Assembly: GCF_036588685.1 (NCBI RefSeq)
Contig: NC_086376.1
Span: 36,208,001 to 36,272,000, forward strand
Direction: 5' to 3'
DNA: 64,000 nt
Origin: Mytilus trossulus
Taxonomy: Eukaryota
Positions 11,301-25,029 of the stretch are shown one piece after another. The notes beneath the pieces were generated by a model that was not told the DNA's origin, ran no database searches, and saw only the letters and a list, made by a program, of their open reading frames with translations. A program made the translations under genes and the position numbers. How positions within the stretch are numbered: the stretch's first letter is position 1; the number at the start of each line of letters is the position of its first letter.

Positions 11301-14300
11301 ATTACTTCTACATATTAAGCATAATGACGAGGATGTAGACAACAGCAAGTTGTAAGATCTTGTAAAACACGCATGTAATACTATACTCGGTAAGTATATG
11401 ATAACCTGTAATTGTTTGTATTATGTTAGGGAACTGAAAGTGACATAAACTAACCGTACATGTCGGTCATAAACACCAATTCCGTTTTTGGTTGAATTCT
11501 GATTTGGTAGCGTCCAGTTTCAACAACGTCTTATGTAATATAGTTTTGGTTTAAAACACAATTATGTCTTTGCATGAAATGATAAAAAAAACATCGCCAT
11601 TTATCAACTTAGCTTGTCTTGGAGTTCGTGTTTTTCAAATCCCAAAAATTCAACTAAGTGTTTTGCGTACACAACTTATTCTTGATCAAGTGTACCTTTC
11701 CTGAGAGTTAGAACCTCAATTTTCTGACGGGCATATTCCATGTCAGCATCGTCCTCGCCGATCTGTGTCCTCTCACATTGTAACAAACATTTGTTGATTT
11801 GCTCCATGTCATCTCCTTCCATAGCAGTCAGTAGATTACGTCGGGCAAATCGCTTACTTCCAGTCTGATAATTATACAATATTTGATAAGTTGTTGAGAC
11901 ACTTAATATTGCGTTAAAACTTACAACTTTCTACCCCATGAATGGATTAGTAACTACATTAGCTAAATTTGGTGAAAATCTCTTGGAACTTATGTGTCCT
12001 CAAAGAACCTCAACTTCGTACTTTTCTTCTGGCTTTATAAATATATATTTTTTTAATTCGAGGTCATTGAAAAGTCTTTTTTTAGATAAAAGAAAATTTA
12101 AATAAAAAAAAAACAGTCGTAAATATCTCTTTCAGTTTGAAAAGGTGAAAAGGATAGAAAACTTTAATTTGGGTTTCAGTATGAAACCTACAAATTTCAA
12201 ACTGAAATATCTCGAAAAGTAAGTCATCCATTGCATATGTCAATAGCGTATATCAAAATTATCTTTGAGTAAAAATTTTAAAGAAAAATGAACAAGAGAC
12301 CTTTTCTGTATCGTATTCACTTTTTCATTTAGAACTCACTCCGTTTTTGTGGAAACCAATTTTGACGTAAGTGTGAAAAAAGGGGGAGTGTACGTAAATC
12401 GGCAAAACAGTCAATTAGGGCACATGTGAAACCTATACACTACTGGTATTAAAGTAAAAACAAACGTAACTGCCTATTTGTTGGTATCTTTGATTGTATT
12501 TACCTCATATGTTGGTAACTTTGAAGAGGTCAGGAAATAGTTACACACAACAGACATTTCCGGTTCGATTGAATCATCTTGATGTTTTGAACGATGTCCA
12601 GTATAAATTCGGAGGTAGCAATTTTCTTTTGTATGTGGATTTGCGACTATTTTAAGTTCTCTTGCAGATGTTTGCATATTATTTTCTTTTCCACTTGATT
12701 CAATCTTACATGTAACTTTTTCATTCAATTCTTTCTGTAAATTTTCGTCATTTATTGAAGAATAGGTTAATAATTCTGTTTTTACTACCAAAGTCCTTGC
12801 TACAATGCTGTCTATGAAAAATCTGATACGGGTGGATTTTGTTTTATCTACGTGAATCTGGCCATTTCTATGAGAAGGTAAAATAAATCCAGCTTCTTCC
12901 GTAACAGGTCCAAAGCCTATGCCAGGACGTCCAGGGTCAAAAGGTAAAGGTTTACAGTCTTGTATTTTCTCATTACAAACTAATTGAAATTCTCCCAATC
13001 TGGTGAGACCTTGGTTGTGCCAACCACCACTAAATACTATTTTGTATATTCCCTTTGCAGGAAATTGAATAGTGCAATTCCATTCTGGAGTGTTCCGTAT
13101 CATTCTCACAAGTTTGGGAATATTTTCTGGATTGAGAAGATCTGTTTCAGCACCTGAGGTGTTTTCTTTCAAGAGCAACTCATACCATACATCAAGTTCA
13201 TTTCCAATTTTTAAAGGCGCTTTAAATGAAATTTTAGCTTCGCCATTCTTGGACGTTAGTGAGCATCTGTTTTCACTGATCATCTCCATACCAAATCTCC
13301 AGAATGGAGGGAAAAGATAGGCTCTGTCAAAGAATTCATTTCTGCTTATTTGGGGTTTGACTAGCTGCCATTTACTATCATTAGGATGGCAGTCATAAAG
13401 AAATTCTTTTGGTTTAGGCAGAATGTAATTTTCATCAAATGAATTCTGAATCGTGCCTGCAGATTCCTCTGTCCGTTTAGCGATAGTTTGCCCTCCTGCT
13501 TCCAGCTGTATCCAACCCCCAGATACCTTTCCAAATACTGAGCGACATGCCCAGAACGGATGTACAATGTGCCAGTTGTCATGGAGATAAACAGCGTTCC
13601 ACAGACTGCCTCTTTCATCTCTATCTCCTGGTTGATAATCGCCAGCTTTACAGATTCCACGTATTTGTGCACATAGTATCCCACCTTTTCTGATAAAATA
13701 ATAAAATAGTATGGTTATAAAAGCATAAATTTCTTTCTTTGGAATAACATATTTCAAGTGCTGTAACATGTGTGTTGTGTTTTATAAAATTATTTTCTAT
13801 TTTTACATTCCAAAACAAATTTGGAAAGACCTCTACTGCTAAGAAGTTTGAATTTTATTTCAAAGTTTGTCCGTTATAAATTTCTTTACTCTCCATTACA
13901 CTTTTCAATGCTGACAAACTGTATTCCAAGAAACAATCCGGTCCTCATAACAACATAAATACGTTACCTGCACAGAGCTGTAAAAAATGTAGAATAACTA
14001 GTTTTCTTTTGACCCAACAATGTTAAGTATCCAGTTGGTGATGTAGAATTGCCTGGTGACTTAGACATTTGTTCAATATTCTGGTTGCTTAACCAAACTA
14101 GAATTGCTCTAACCAGGAATGCATCTCTTTCTGGGTGATTCTTGAAAGGTTTCTCCAAATATTCTATTAGATCCTCGAAAGTGGAGATCACATCAGCTGG
14201 AGCCTTTTTGTGGTGAAATTGAAAAGTAGAAATTATAAGCAGTATTTAAATATACATTTTAGACACCGAAAGGTATGAAGTCAGCAGCAATTATATATGT

Positions 14301-15685
14301 ATAAATTGCGAATAACATTTTACTAGTGAAACTATTTCAGTGTTAAACACTTTCACAATTAAAACGATTTTTTTAAATTTAATTATGGAAATGGTGGTTG
14401 GATGGGTAAATATCATTTGAAAACCCGACAGATTATCAAGAGATACGTCAAACTTGTTGCTTTTCTATATACATACATTATTATGTATAAGTGTGATAAG
14501 AAAATGTTTAGTCGCCCATTTTTCAGCTTTTTGAAAGAGAAAACCGTGCTTAGTGGTGAAACAAACATTTATATTAAAGCGGAAATAGTTTTCCAAAGTA
14601 ATATTTTTTTAAGAATAAATGGAAAAGACATAAAAAAAAACCTCCTTCCTCGGTTATAATTTGGTAATTTTAATTTATCCAATTACACCAAAAAAAAAAA
14701 AAAAATAGCGTGCCTCTCTGAAGATCATATGATAAAAATTCTTACATTTCTTGCATGATTGTCTATCTGTTCCTGGTTAGTTATTTCATTGCCGTTTTCG
14801 TCTGTTTCCTGATTTGAACCTTTCCTTGCAAACAGCATTTGAAATATTTCATGGCTATCATCATTGGCTTTTGGTTCAGGATAACCGTCCTCTATTGGTT
14901 CAAGTTGTATCTGACGAAAGCAAAAATCATCTGTTTTTTATTCTTTTTTTTTAAATTGTGAGAGGTTTTCTAAAGTATTTATTACAAGATTCTTCAATTA
15001 CTTCGGTCCATTAAAAAAAGACTTACTTTCAAATTCATTAATGGATTTCATTTCGAACTTGAACTGTTATATTCAAATGATTAGACATGAATAACTGATA
15101 GTTATCTTAAATTTCTCAATTTTAGTATAATATTGCTCCATTTCGACCCTTTTCAAGTGACTTTCACATTAACAGTTTGTTCTTATTTTGCGTTGTTACA
15201 CTATTGTCCCTGGTTAGTGGAGTACATGTAATCTTCACAAAAAAATGTTACCTTGGCTATTTTGTACCGGTCCCAAACCAGGAGCCTGTAGTTAAGTGCT
15301 TATTGTTTGCCGTGTCTATCAAGTTTGTGTGTTTGTTTTGGGGTGTTTTTTTAACATTTTGTCATACCAGGATTTTTTAAGGCAAAACTACCACTTCTCT
15401 TTAATTTTATTTAAAAAAGCATATGCTTGATTTTAAAACTCTGCAGGGAAAATAGGAAGATAGCAAGACACAACAGAAAATCTATAGGTATTGACTCGAT
15501 TACGATGACTGATTTTTTGGTTTCTGTATACATGTTATCGGTTTTTGACTAACCTCATCTGAATCGTTTTCATACTCATATAAAAAGTCACTACCGTCTT
15601 CCTCTTCTGGAGGTGCTTTTGGTTTTGGTTGGATATTATCAAACTCATTCTGCTTATCCTGATCAGTACTACCACCACAACCCAT
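8355..15685 (-). CDS. KY/hillarin/ltd-1-like transglutaminase-fold protein, paralog 1 (8 coding exons, ~795 aa)
   Basis: Exons 15685-15554, 14910-14746, 14203-13968, 13689-12504, 11864-11696, 10932-10655, 9197-9027, 8405-8355. All introns are GT-AG with compatible phases; 2388 nt are open from ATG to TAA. Motifs YSTFFTALCR.GGILC..IRG..K, WNAVYL...W.IVHPFW and F...P..F.Y.CHP....WQL are characteristic of the KY/hillarin family. Confidence 0.88.
9782..10350 (+). mobile_element. Non-autonomous Helitron-like element in intron 6 of paralog 1
   Basis: 5' TCTCTATAT start, internally duplicated at ~10005. 3' hairpin cccgcgatttcgcggg followed by tgtgttctatag, the same 3' end design as 27503-28264. Confidence 0.6.
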
Positions 15686-16176
15686 CTCAACTTTCCTTTA
15701 ATGCGAAAGATAAAAGGACTACATGTTAGAAGGAAGCTTCATTGCTATTACATTACTATTCGCTGTATTATAATGTACCATAGTACCATGTCAGTGATTT
15801 TTAATAAGGATTGTCATCTGGTGTCCTCCATAATGGATTATTGTCGTTACTTTTATGATGAAACAATAGTATAATTATACGTTATTTATGAAATAATTAA
15901 ATTTAAATAGTTTAAATTGAATACTTGGACGAATCAGATTGTCGTTCAGAGTACATGACAGAATACCAGCCTTTTTGTTATAGTTATAAATATTTTATCC
16001 AATTTTTTGAAAATAAGTAGCCGCTTATTATTACCAGTAAATGCATATAGAATAATTGAATGATAGCAATTCGTTTCAAAGGCACTTTGGGATGGACCAT
16101 TTTAATCCATTTCTTTAAAACCGATATTTTCAATAGAATTTCTTCCTTGTTTCACATAGTTTCCTTTAATTTAAAA

Positions 16177-17210
16177 TGACAATATATTTCAAGGGGTACC
16201 AATCTGCGATTGACAATGTATTTTAAAGGGTACCAATCTGTGATTGACAATATATTTCAAGGGGTACCATTCTGCGATTGACAATATATTTGAAGGGGTA
16301 CCAATCTGCGATTGACAATGTATTTCAAAGGGTACCAATCTGCGATTGACAATATATTTCAAGGGGTACCAATCTGCGAATGAAAATGTTTTTTCAAAGG
16401 GTAACAATCTGCGATTGACAATGTATTTCAAGGGGTACCAATCTGCGATTGACAATATATTTGAAGGGGTACCAATCTGCCATTGAAAATGTTTTTCAAA
16501 GGGTACCAATCTGCGATTGTCAATGTATTTCAAGGGGTACCAATCTGCGATTGACAAAATATTTCAAGGGATACCAATCTGCGATTGACAATATATTTGA
16601 AGGGGTACCAATGTGCGATTGAAAATGTTTTCCAAAGGGTACCAATCTGCGATTGGCAATGTATTTCAAGGGGTACCAATCTGCAATTGACAATATATTT
16701 GAAGGGGTACCAATCTGCAATTGACAATATATTTGAAGGGGTACCAATCTGCGATTGAAAGTGTTTTTCAAAGGGTACCAATCTGCCATTGACAATTTTT
16801 CAAGGGGTACCAATCTGTGATTGACAAATATTTCAAGGGGTACCAATCTGCGATTGACAATATATTTGAAGGGGTTACAATCTGCGATTGAAAATGTTTT
16901 TCAAAGGGTACCAATCTGCGATCGACAATGTATTTCAAGGGGTACCAATCTGGGATTAAAAATATATTTGAAGGGGTACCAATCTGCGATTGACAATGTA
17001 TTTTAAGGGGTACCAATCTGCGATTGACAATATATTTGAAGGTGTACCAATCTGCGATTGACAATGTATTTCAAAGGGTACCAATCTGCGAATGAAAATG
17101 TTTTTTTCAAAGGTTAACAATCTGCGATTGACAATGTATTTCAAGGGGTACCAATCTGCGATTGACAATATATTTGAAGGGGTACCAATCTGCGATCGAA
17201 AATGTTTTTC
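16177..17210. repeat. 34-bp minisatellite, ~30 copies
   Basis: Unit ~aggggtaccaatctgcgattgacaatgtatttca. ggtacc recurs every ~34 bp with no unique spacers. Confidence 0.95.
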
Positions 17211-17710
17211 TTTCATTATCATAGATATGAGAAGAAGAAGTATGAGTGCCCATGAGACATGAGTCACAATTTATAAAAGTAAACCATTATAGGTCAAAGT
17301 ACGGTCTTCAACATGTCTATTTAAAATATCATTCTATTTTTATCAGAAAACTTATTTTCGAACAATTCTCAAGTTGTTTTTCTCTTTTTAAACATTTTTA
17401 ATTGATTTATAAAAAACATAAACTTGTCAAACACCTTGGCCTATAAAATGATACTGTAACCTGTTCAAGAATTTAAAACAACATTTATGTTATAATTAAT
17501 ACAAAAGAAATGTCAGCAAAACAGTTTTAGATCAGCGTCATTTGTAACCAGCGACATTATCTAATTTACATGTTATGGTTTGATCTGATATCAAAGCACA
17601 GACCATTGCAAAAAACGAATCATGTATAGGCACATCTGAAAATATATAGGCAATGAAGAAATTATCGAAAACTTGGATATAAAATTATTTAAAAAAATTA
17701 TATCTCATAT

Positions 17711-18000
17711 ACATGTTTAACCCCGCCGCAGTTTTGCGCCTGTCCCAAGTCGGGAGCCTCTGGTCTTTGTTAGTATTGTATGATTTTTAATTTTAGTTTC
17801 TTGTGTATAATTCGGAGTTTAGTATGACATTCATTATCACTGTACTAGTATACATATTTTTTAGAGGCCAGCTAAAGGACACCTACGGGTACGGGAATTC
17901 TCGCTACATTGAAGATCCATTGGTGGCCTTCTGTTGTTGTCTGCTCTATGGTCGGGTTGTTGTCGCTTTGACACATTCCCAAGTTCCTTTCTCAATTTTA
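17711..18000 (+). repeat. Interspersed repeat family R1 (longer copy)
   Basis: Its 3' ~135 bp match 7347-7478. Its 5' part (acatgtttaaccccgcc...cctgtcccaagtc) matches 60982 onward. Confidence 0.8.
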
Positions 18001-18689
18001 TGCCAGTTTCGACAATGAACATTTAAAAAATATATGGTATTTTCTGTCTATATACCTTAATTTATGATGGCTCAGATAAGATAACTTCATATGTTCTTAA
18101 TCTTAGTAGTCTTAATATTCTTATGTATCAAGACAAAATAAGGAATTTTCTCACAGAATGATAATTCTGTAATTCCACAAAACGAGTTGTTATGGTATGT
18201 CCCCAAACAACAACATATTTATATCAGTAAGATTGTCCTGAAGCTAGTATATGTAGCAGATTGTGTTTTCTTCTTTTCATGATTTAGCTCTGATGATCTT
18301 GGGAAAATTTGTAAAAGAAAATTCCTTAAATGGACGTCCATCTAATGCTAATATATGAATCCTTAATTTGTTTTGCTTGTACACGTATAATAATTGCGGT
18401 TTTTATCCAACGCCTTCATAGGTTTGCACGTTGTTTTAAATTTGAACTTGTTAAAATCTTGGTTTAAATGAGTGTGTGTATATACATTATGACATGATTT
18501 CCAATGGTAGTTGTGGAACCGTAACTCTTATGGTCCTCATTATATATTTGTTTATTTATTTTTTAAATATTTCTGCAAACAATAGACCACAAAATGTCCA
18601 AAAAAACAAACCCACAAGGACCTGCGAGCTACAGTCCCGCAACTTACGCAATGGTGTTTAATAAATCATCTGAGAAACGGAATCAAATG

Positions 18690-18921
18690 CGTGACGGGTG
18701 CCACATGTGGAGCAGGATCTGCTTATCCTTCCGGCGCACCTTGCTGTATCACCTCCGATTTTTGGTTAGGTTCGTGTTGCTTAGTCTTTCGTTGTCTATG
18801 TCCTTTCATCTAAACTATTATAACTATGTCTGTTTGTCTGTTTCATTTTTAGCCATGGCGTTGTCAGTTTATTTTCGATTTACGAGTTTGACTGTTCCTC
18901 TGGTATCTTTCGCCACTCTTC
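18690..18921 (+). repeat. Interspersed repeat, probably Penelope-associated terminal sequence
   Basis: Similar to ~60430-60650 (downstream of a Penelope-like RT fragment) and to 52290-52396 (-). Confidence 0.55.
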
Positions 18922-19960
18922 TATTGCGTTTACCTTTATTTCCAATATTGAGCCAACCGGAATCACACCATGCAGATAGAAGTCATAAATACATGTTCTT
19001 TGTTGTTATAAAAATAATTAAAAGGAAACTTGAACACAGCTACAATTATTGGATGTAGACACAGTTATTGAAATTTAAATGTAAAATAAGACTTATTATA
19101 AATGCTCAAGGTTTTTCTAAACTTATATACCCTTTGAACCTAAAAAGGCAAACGTTAGATATTTATCTTTATTACCCGATATGTTTATTGTAGTGACAGT
19201 GGGTACCTTCCTATGCTAGTACATTTAATTATTTTTTTTAGTTTCGTCGTTTGAAACTTTAAAAACAGTAAAAATACGTATGTAATTATATACATATTTA
19301 AAATTTCCATACATACAAAGTATCGACATTTTAATATCCTTGTAACAATATCTGTTTTTAGCTGACTTTATTAGATAAATGTATTGTTTGAATAAGTTCA
19401 ATTTAGGTTATCACCTTGACAATATTTTGATAAACATACATAAAAATGTCGTTGTTGTAAACGCATCATAATATTTACAGAGCTGTCTGAAGTATTTACA
19501 TTTGAGGTAGCACATCATAATATTTCAAGTAATTATATCGACTATGATTGAATGACAATGATATTCTTATCTGATTTGACATAATATTTTTCGTATTTAA
19601 ACGATAAAAAAATATGAAAAGAATGAAGTATACGCCAATGCCGGAGACAGCAAAACAGCAACACAAAAATCTCAGAAACGAGTCAGGAAGATATAGTCTC
19701 CGGAATTTTTTATGGATGATACTGTAAAGAAGAACATCTTTTAATTTGAGGTTTTTGAGAGATTACTAATAATAAATGCGTTCGGTTTGGTTTTAGAGTT
19801 GTATTTCCATAAAAGTGTTACAAGTACGTTGCAATCATGATTTGTTTTTTTCAAAGCCCTTTTCACTAGTTATTCTTTGGTTAGGTCATCGATTAATATT
19901 AATTTCATCACATCAAACGTCAATCTGTTTGGTCTGTTTATCCCGTGAGCAAATAAACAA

Positions 19961-20250
19961 ATTTGCACCTGTCCTAAGTCAGGAATCTGATGTACAGTAG
20001 TTGTCGTTTGTTTATGTAATATATACGTGTTTCTCGTTTCTCGTTTTGTTTATATAGATTAGACCGTTGGTTTTCCGGTTTGAATGGTTTTACACTAGTT
20101 ATTTTGGGGCCCTTTATAGCTTGTTGTTCGGTGTGAGCCAAGGCTCCGTGTTGAAGGCCGTACTTTAACCTATAATGGTTTAATTTTTGAATTGTTGTTT
20201 GGATGGAGAGTTGTCTCATTGGCACTCACACCACATCTTCCTATATCTAA
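19961..20250 (+). repeat. Interspersed repeat family R2 (...gttgaaggccgtac...ggagagttgtctcattggcactcacaccacatcttc)
   Basis: Copies at 36698-36812 (+), ~55103-55395 (-), ~60982-61293 (+ variant), ~61512-61700 (-) and ~17222-17313 (-). Confidence 0.85.
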
Positions 20251-20822
20251 ATAAAATATTTGTTATTGATCTTTATGCATTTAATGCATGCCGTAATTAA
20301 AAAGACCGTAATATTTATATCCTGTTTGACATAATTGTTAAATATCAATAATTAAGAATCTTGCCATAACCATGATACACAAACGTTTGATATTTTAATT
20401 TTGGCAGCGCATCGGAAGACTATGTCTGGCTGTAATGTAATATTGTACTAATATGTACTTGTTGTTTAATATATACAGGTTGTACTAAAATAAACCATGT
20501 ATCTATCCATTCCAATAGTAAAATTTAACTGAATCCCAGTCCCAGAGATTATTTTTAGTCGTTTAAAGTCAGTATCCTTGAATTGGTATGATTTCAGAAA
20601 TTACTTACAATTTACAAATATAATTGTGAGTTTGAACACAGCGGACAGTACAACTTAAAAAATTTGAATGAAATAAAAACTTCTATTTAATGTGTTAGTG
20701 ACAGTGGATTTAATACCAATGTTTATAAATGTGTAGTTTCTGAAAACAGGAAATACAGGCATGTCGCGTCTGGCGTACAATCCTGGTACCTTTGATAACT
20801 ATGTACATGTATTTATCATTAT

Positions 20823-21354
20823 GTGTGTTTGTCGTGTTGAAAACCTCTGTCGTGTGATTTGATTATTTCTGAAAACAAAACATAGATCAAATATTTTTAA
20901 ATTTGGATTGTGAAATTTGGATTTTCACCACTGTTTTATAAACTAAGTGAACGATTTCGTGAATATTGGTTTTGTTTGGTAAACAAACGATGCTCCCGTC
21001 GGTAAATCATCGTAATTTAGTATGGTACTGGGAAACTATACTGTAATCTTATAGGAGGAGGAGAGAGAATCGTGCTGATGGACCCACCATGCTAGCAAAT
21101 ATTGACCCTTTTCTGCCAGTGAACATGGACTCTTCCGTCAAAAATCTGAAGTAGATATCGGACTCGTGTTAAATTCGCCCACTATTTAAAAGGAAAATAA
21201 GTAATTTAAAATTGAACATTTTTAAAAAATATCTTTTCTGTAATGGAATGTAACAATTATATATTTAAAATGAATTTTAGTGAAAAGTTGAGTTCGTATT
21301 ACATTCTAACATTGAGATAACATTATTGTCGGAATTTCAACACGACAAACACAC
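20823..21354. mobile_element. MITE, 532 bp
   Basis: Perfect 20-bp TIRs gtgtgtttgtcgtgttgaaa (20823-20842) and tttcaacacgacaaacacac (21335-21354). Flanks are ttat / ttaa. Confidence 0.7.
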
Positions 21355-22015
21355 TTAAGGTTACACGAAGTCGATTTAAATTACATTTAAATAAATACTT
21401 ACTGCACAGAGTTTGGCACTAACAAAACTTAAAGAAAATGTTTCTTTACACTAATTGTTGCGTTCTCAAGTTTTATGCATGTAAAAACTATGTGTTTGGA
21501 AGAAGTATACGTACATTTGTACTTGATTTTTTCTGTTGAAGCTAAGAATACGTCTAGAATTTGAACGAATATTATCGAATACCTTTGCACTATAACTAAA
21601 CCGTTGTACAAGTGTAGAGAAAATGCGTAGTTATATAAATGATTTAATTTTTGTATTAAAGAAAGACTTTTTCGATTGAATAGCTTCACCTTCACTGATT
21701 CAGTCGACTTTCTACGGAAGCCAGTTAGTGCCAAACAAGTTACCTAAGCTGTTATAACGAGATAGATATGCTAAGTCGTTATGCAAGTGAGCAAAAACGT
21801 TATAACGACTTAAAAATAAAACTCCAACCTGACACTAACTGGCTTTCCCATATATGTTTAAAAATTATATTCGTAAAGGTAAACACACGTATTTCTCGTT
21901 TATAATGACATGCACGCAAATATTGTTCATATAGTACTATGAGTCACCGTAGTTTGAAAACGTTGTCCAGTTTTGTTATTTTTGTTACAAATCCGAAATG
22001 TTATGATCAGCTCCC

Positions 22016-22046
<31 letters not shown>

Positions 22047-22759
22047 GAGAAGATTTTTCCTATCTGTATTCTTTTTTTTGTTATTGGAAAATTAGCACAT
22101 TGAAAGAAAGTTAAAGACATATTAACCTTTTTTCAAAGACTCTCTTCTATTGGAAAATATCAGTTTCTGTTGTTAAATTCCAATATTAATTACATATCTC
22201 GTTGTACAATACGCATCGCAGGTAAACTTAGTATAAAATGCAAAACAAAATGTACAATATTTTCATAAAAAGCCACTGACATGAAGAAACATTAAACCTA
22301 CCTTGCTGTTTTAATCCTTAAAACCAAAGAAGTTCATTTCAATCCTGAAAACGAAAGTAGATTCTGTGAATTCCAGAAGGCAGTCAGAGATGAATCGATT
22401 AGCTAACCGTACAATTTATCCTGATTTAAATACTTCATGTTACCTGTTAAGCAGCGCTGTAGCAATTGAGTTTAAACAAAATTTTTAAATTACACTCTAG
22501 TTATTCTTATCAAAAAGTAAATTTTGACATTTAATGAGGTATTTCTGACAGGAGAGATCAAATACTATGATAAAAAACTGAGATTGTAATAACGTTCGGC
22601 TGAAATTAGAACGGTACATGTATAGTAATTGAGTTTAACGAAAATAGTTGATTCTAACTGTTATAAACCATGTAAACATTCTAAATACTTATTTTCATAA
22701 TTATTGCATCAAAACAATTTCTCATTTTCATCGTGTTACCGACTGCATGTTATAACATT

Positions 22760-23064
22760 TGTATGTCCCATCTCCGTTAGTAGAGGGTCATTATGTTTTC
22801 TGGTTTGCGGGTCCGTTCGTCAGGCTGTTCGTTTCTTCCGTCTGCCCGTCTGCCCGTCTGTACTGCTTCAGGTTAAAGTTTTTGGTCAAGGTAGTTTTTG
22901 AAGAAGTTGAAGTCCAATGAACTTAACACTTAGTACACATGTCCCCTATGATATGATCTTTCTAATATTAATGACAAATTACAGTTTTATCCCATTTCAC
23001 GGTCCACTGAACAGAGAAAATGATAGTGCGAGTGGGGCATTCGTGTACTATGCACATATTCTTG
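22760..23064 (+). mobile_element. Short Helentron-associated (HINE/pearl-like) element
   Basis: 5' inverted repeat, degenerate ccgt/ctgt microsatellite, single core, 3' palindrome before a T-rich end. An inverted relative lies at ~56631-56922. Confidence 0.65.
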
Positions 23065-25029
23065 ATCTTATTAATATGAGCACAGTCTTCAGGAACATCC
23101 AGACCCCTGTGTTCTCCCCAGAAATTGTAGCGCGTAACCCTTTTTCGGAATGAACTATTGTGACGCAAAACAATCCTTCAGTAATACAATATGATATTTC
23201 TATTTATTTGCATTTTAGGAAGTTTGTTCATAGTATTCATGGACGAGAAGAAGAGATTCCAGAGGTTTAAATTTGGTGTGTCTGAGTTCTTTTCCGCTAA
23301 ATTAGCATCTTCTACAAACAGAGTTTCTTACCATCATGCAATTGGTGAAATATCTTGAATATACTTAGATCTTCAATTATTAACGATAGTGAAAACAAAC
23401 TATATTTTCCCGGTTTTTCCAATCAATGTAAAACATTAAGATACTTATCACGTATATTTACAAACTATTAAATATGTAGTAATGAAAAGCGAAATGTATT
23501 TTAAATCAATTTTAAATATCGTATGATTTACAATTTACTATGCGCATTAAGATGCATTGAAGTATGTACATATAGATAATAAAAATAAATCAAATGGTAA
23601 TGTATGTTTAAAAGGCACAACAGAAATCCTCACCTGACTAGAGATCAAAGCAATGTTTTAATTACTTTAAATTGGTAAGTTAACGGGGGTATGCAATCGA
23701 AACATTTTAAAACCTAGTATTGAAAATCTTGATTTTCAGAAAAAGGAAATAAAATCCGAGCCTTTGTTGTTTATTTCGAATTCTTTGTAAAGGTTTACAA
23801 ATACCAGTGTTGCTAATTTAAAATTACTAACAGGGTTTAAAATTTAGAAATATTTAATGTCGCACATTGAATAGTTTTGAAAGGTAAATTAGATATACAT
23901 TGCGTAGGATTTTACATCGTTTATAACTTACTTTTTCTTTGAACATACACTTTTGATAAATTCGTGTAAAATTTATAAGATGTTTAATTTTTTTAAAACT
24001 TATTTTTGCTTCATTGCTTATAGAGTGTTTATTAGTATGCAAACACCATTTGACTTTAATTTTCGGAAGAAGCGTTTGAGAGAACAAACAATACATGTTT
24101 TTACGTTTTTGTTACTGCGACCGGGCCAATAATTTAACTCACGACTTTCACATTGAGGAGAACACGCACACACGATACTGGTATTCAACTGTGGTGGTTT
24201 CAGCATTTTCGAACTCCATTGTAAACACACAAAACTTAAGTAAAATGTACTATATTTTGGTTTAAATTGTTAACTGGATATAGAATAAATTACGGTAAAC
24301 TATGTATGACATTAACATAGAGAATTGAAACAGAGACAGCAACCTGACCATATATAGAGCAGAAAAAGCACAAGGCCACTACATGATATGCACTCAAAAG
24401 CCAGTGCCAAAGATTTTTCTCGGAAACAAATCCTATAGTACTGTGACCAGACACAGTATTTTTTAGATTTAATCGTCAAACATACTTTGTGTCTATATTG
24501 TATATCATTGGATTCGGAAAAATGAGTACTTTTGAAATGTCGATGTCGTCAAAAAGGAATGTGGTAACATTTTTGTATAAAATAAGGTCAAAGATCAAAC
24601 AAGTTCTGTAGTTATTTTTTTTCTTTCATATTTCCAAAATTTGTAGATATTTACAACAATTTAAGGTTAAATCTCATATCAGACATTTTTTTCAAGTTAT
24701 TTAGCAATGGATTATCTCGAAAATGTAAAAAAAATGACATCGTTTTATTCTAAAAATTGACGTTTTTCAAACATATGCTCTATTATACAAGATCAAGACA
24801 TATTCTGTTAAATTGACAGTAGTTACCTTGCCGGCTGACATTCAACCTCAGCAATAAATGATATATTTATTTTTACCTATAGCCTACTATCACGAAAGCG
24901 TATTTTGCATAAGCTCATTCATGTTATTCATTAAAACTACAAAATACCACGAAAACAGTTACTATCTTAAAAATCCAATCAAAGAGATCCACACAACAGA
25001 ATTTAGCCAGCAGTATCTTCTGGTTCATC

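Noticed and set aside
16177-17210. CRISPR-like array, or coding ORFs (WYPLKY repeats) in the 34-bp repeat
   Set aside because: Units are contiguous with no unique spacers, there are no cas genes and the context is eukaryotic. The period is not a multiple of 3, so the ORFs are artefacts.
18594-19058. 154-aa hydrophobic ORF and similar 60-110 aa ORFs across intergenic DNA
   Set aside because: They overlap interspersed repeats or AT-rich low-complexity sequence, with no domain motifs or splice-consistent partners.
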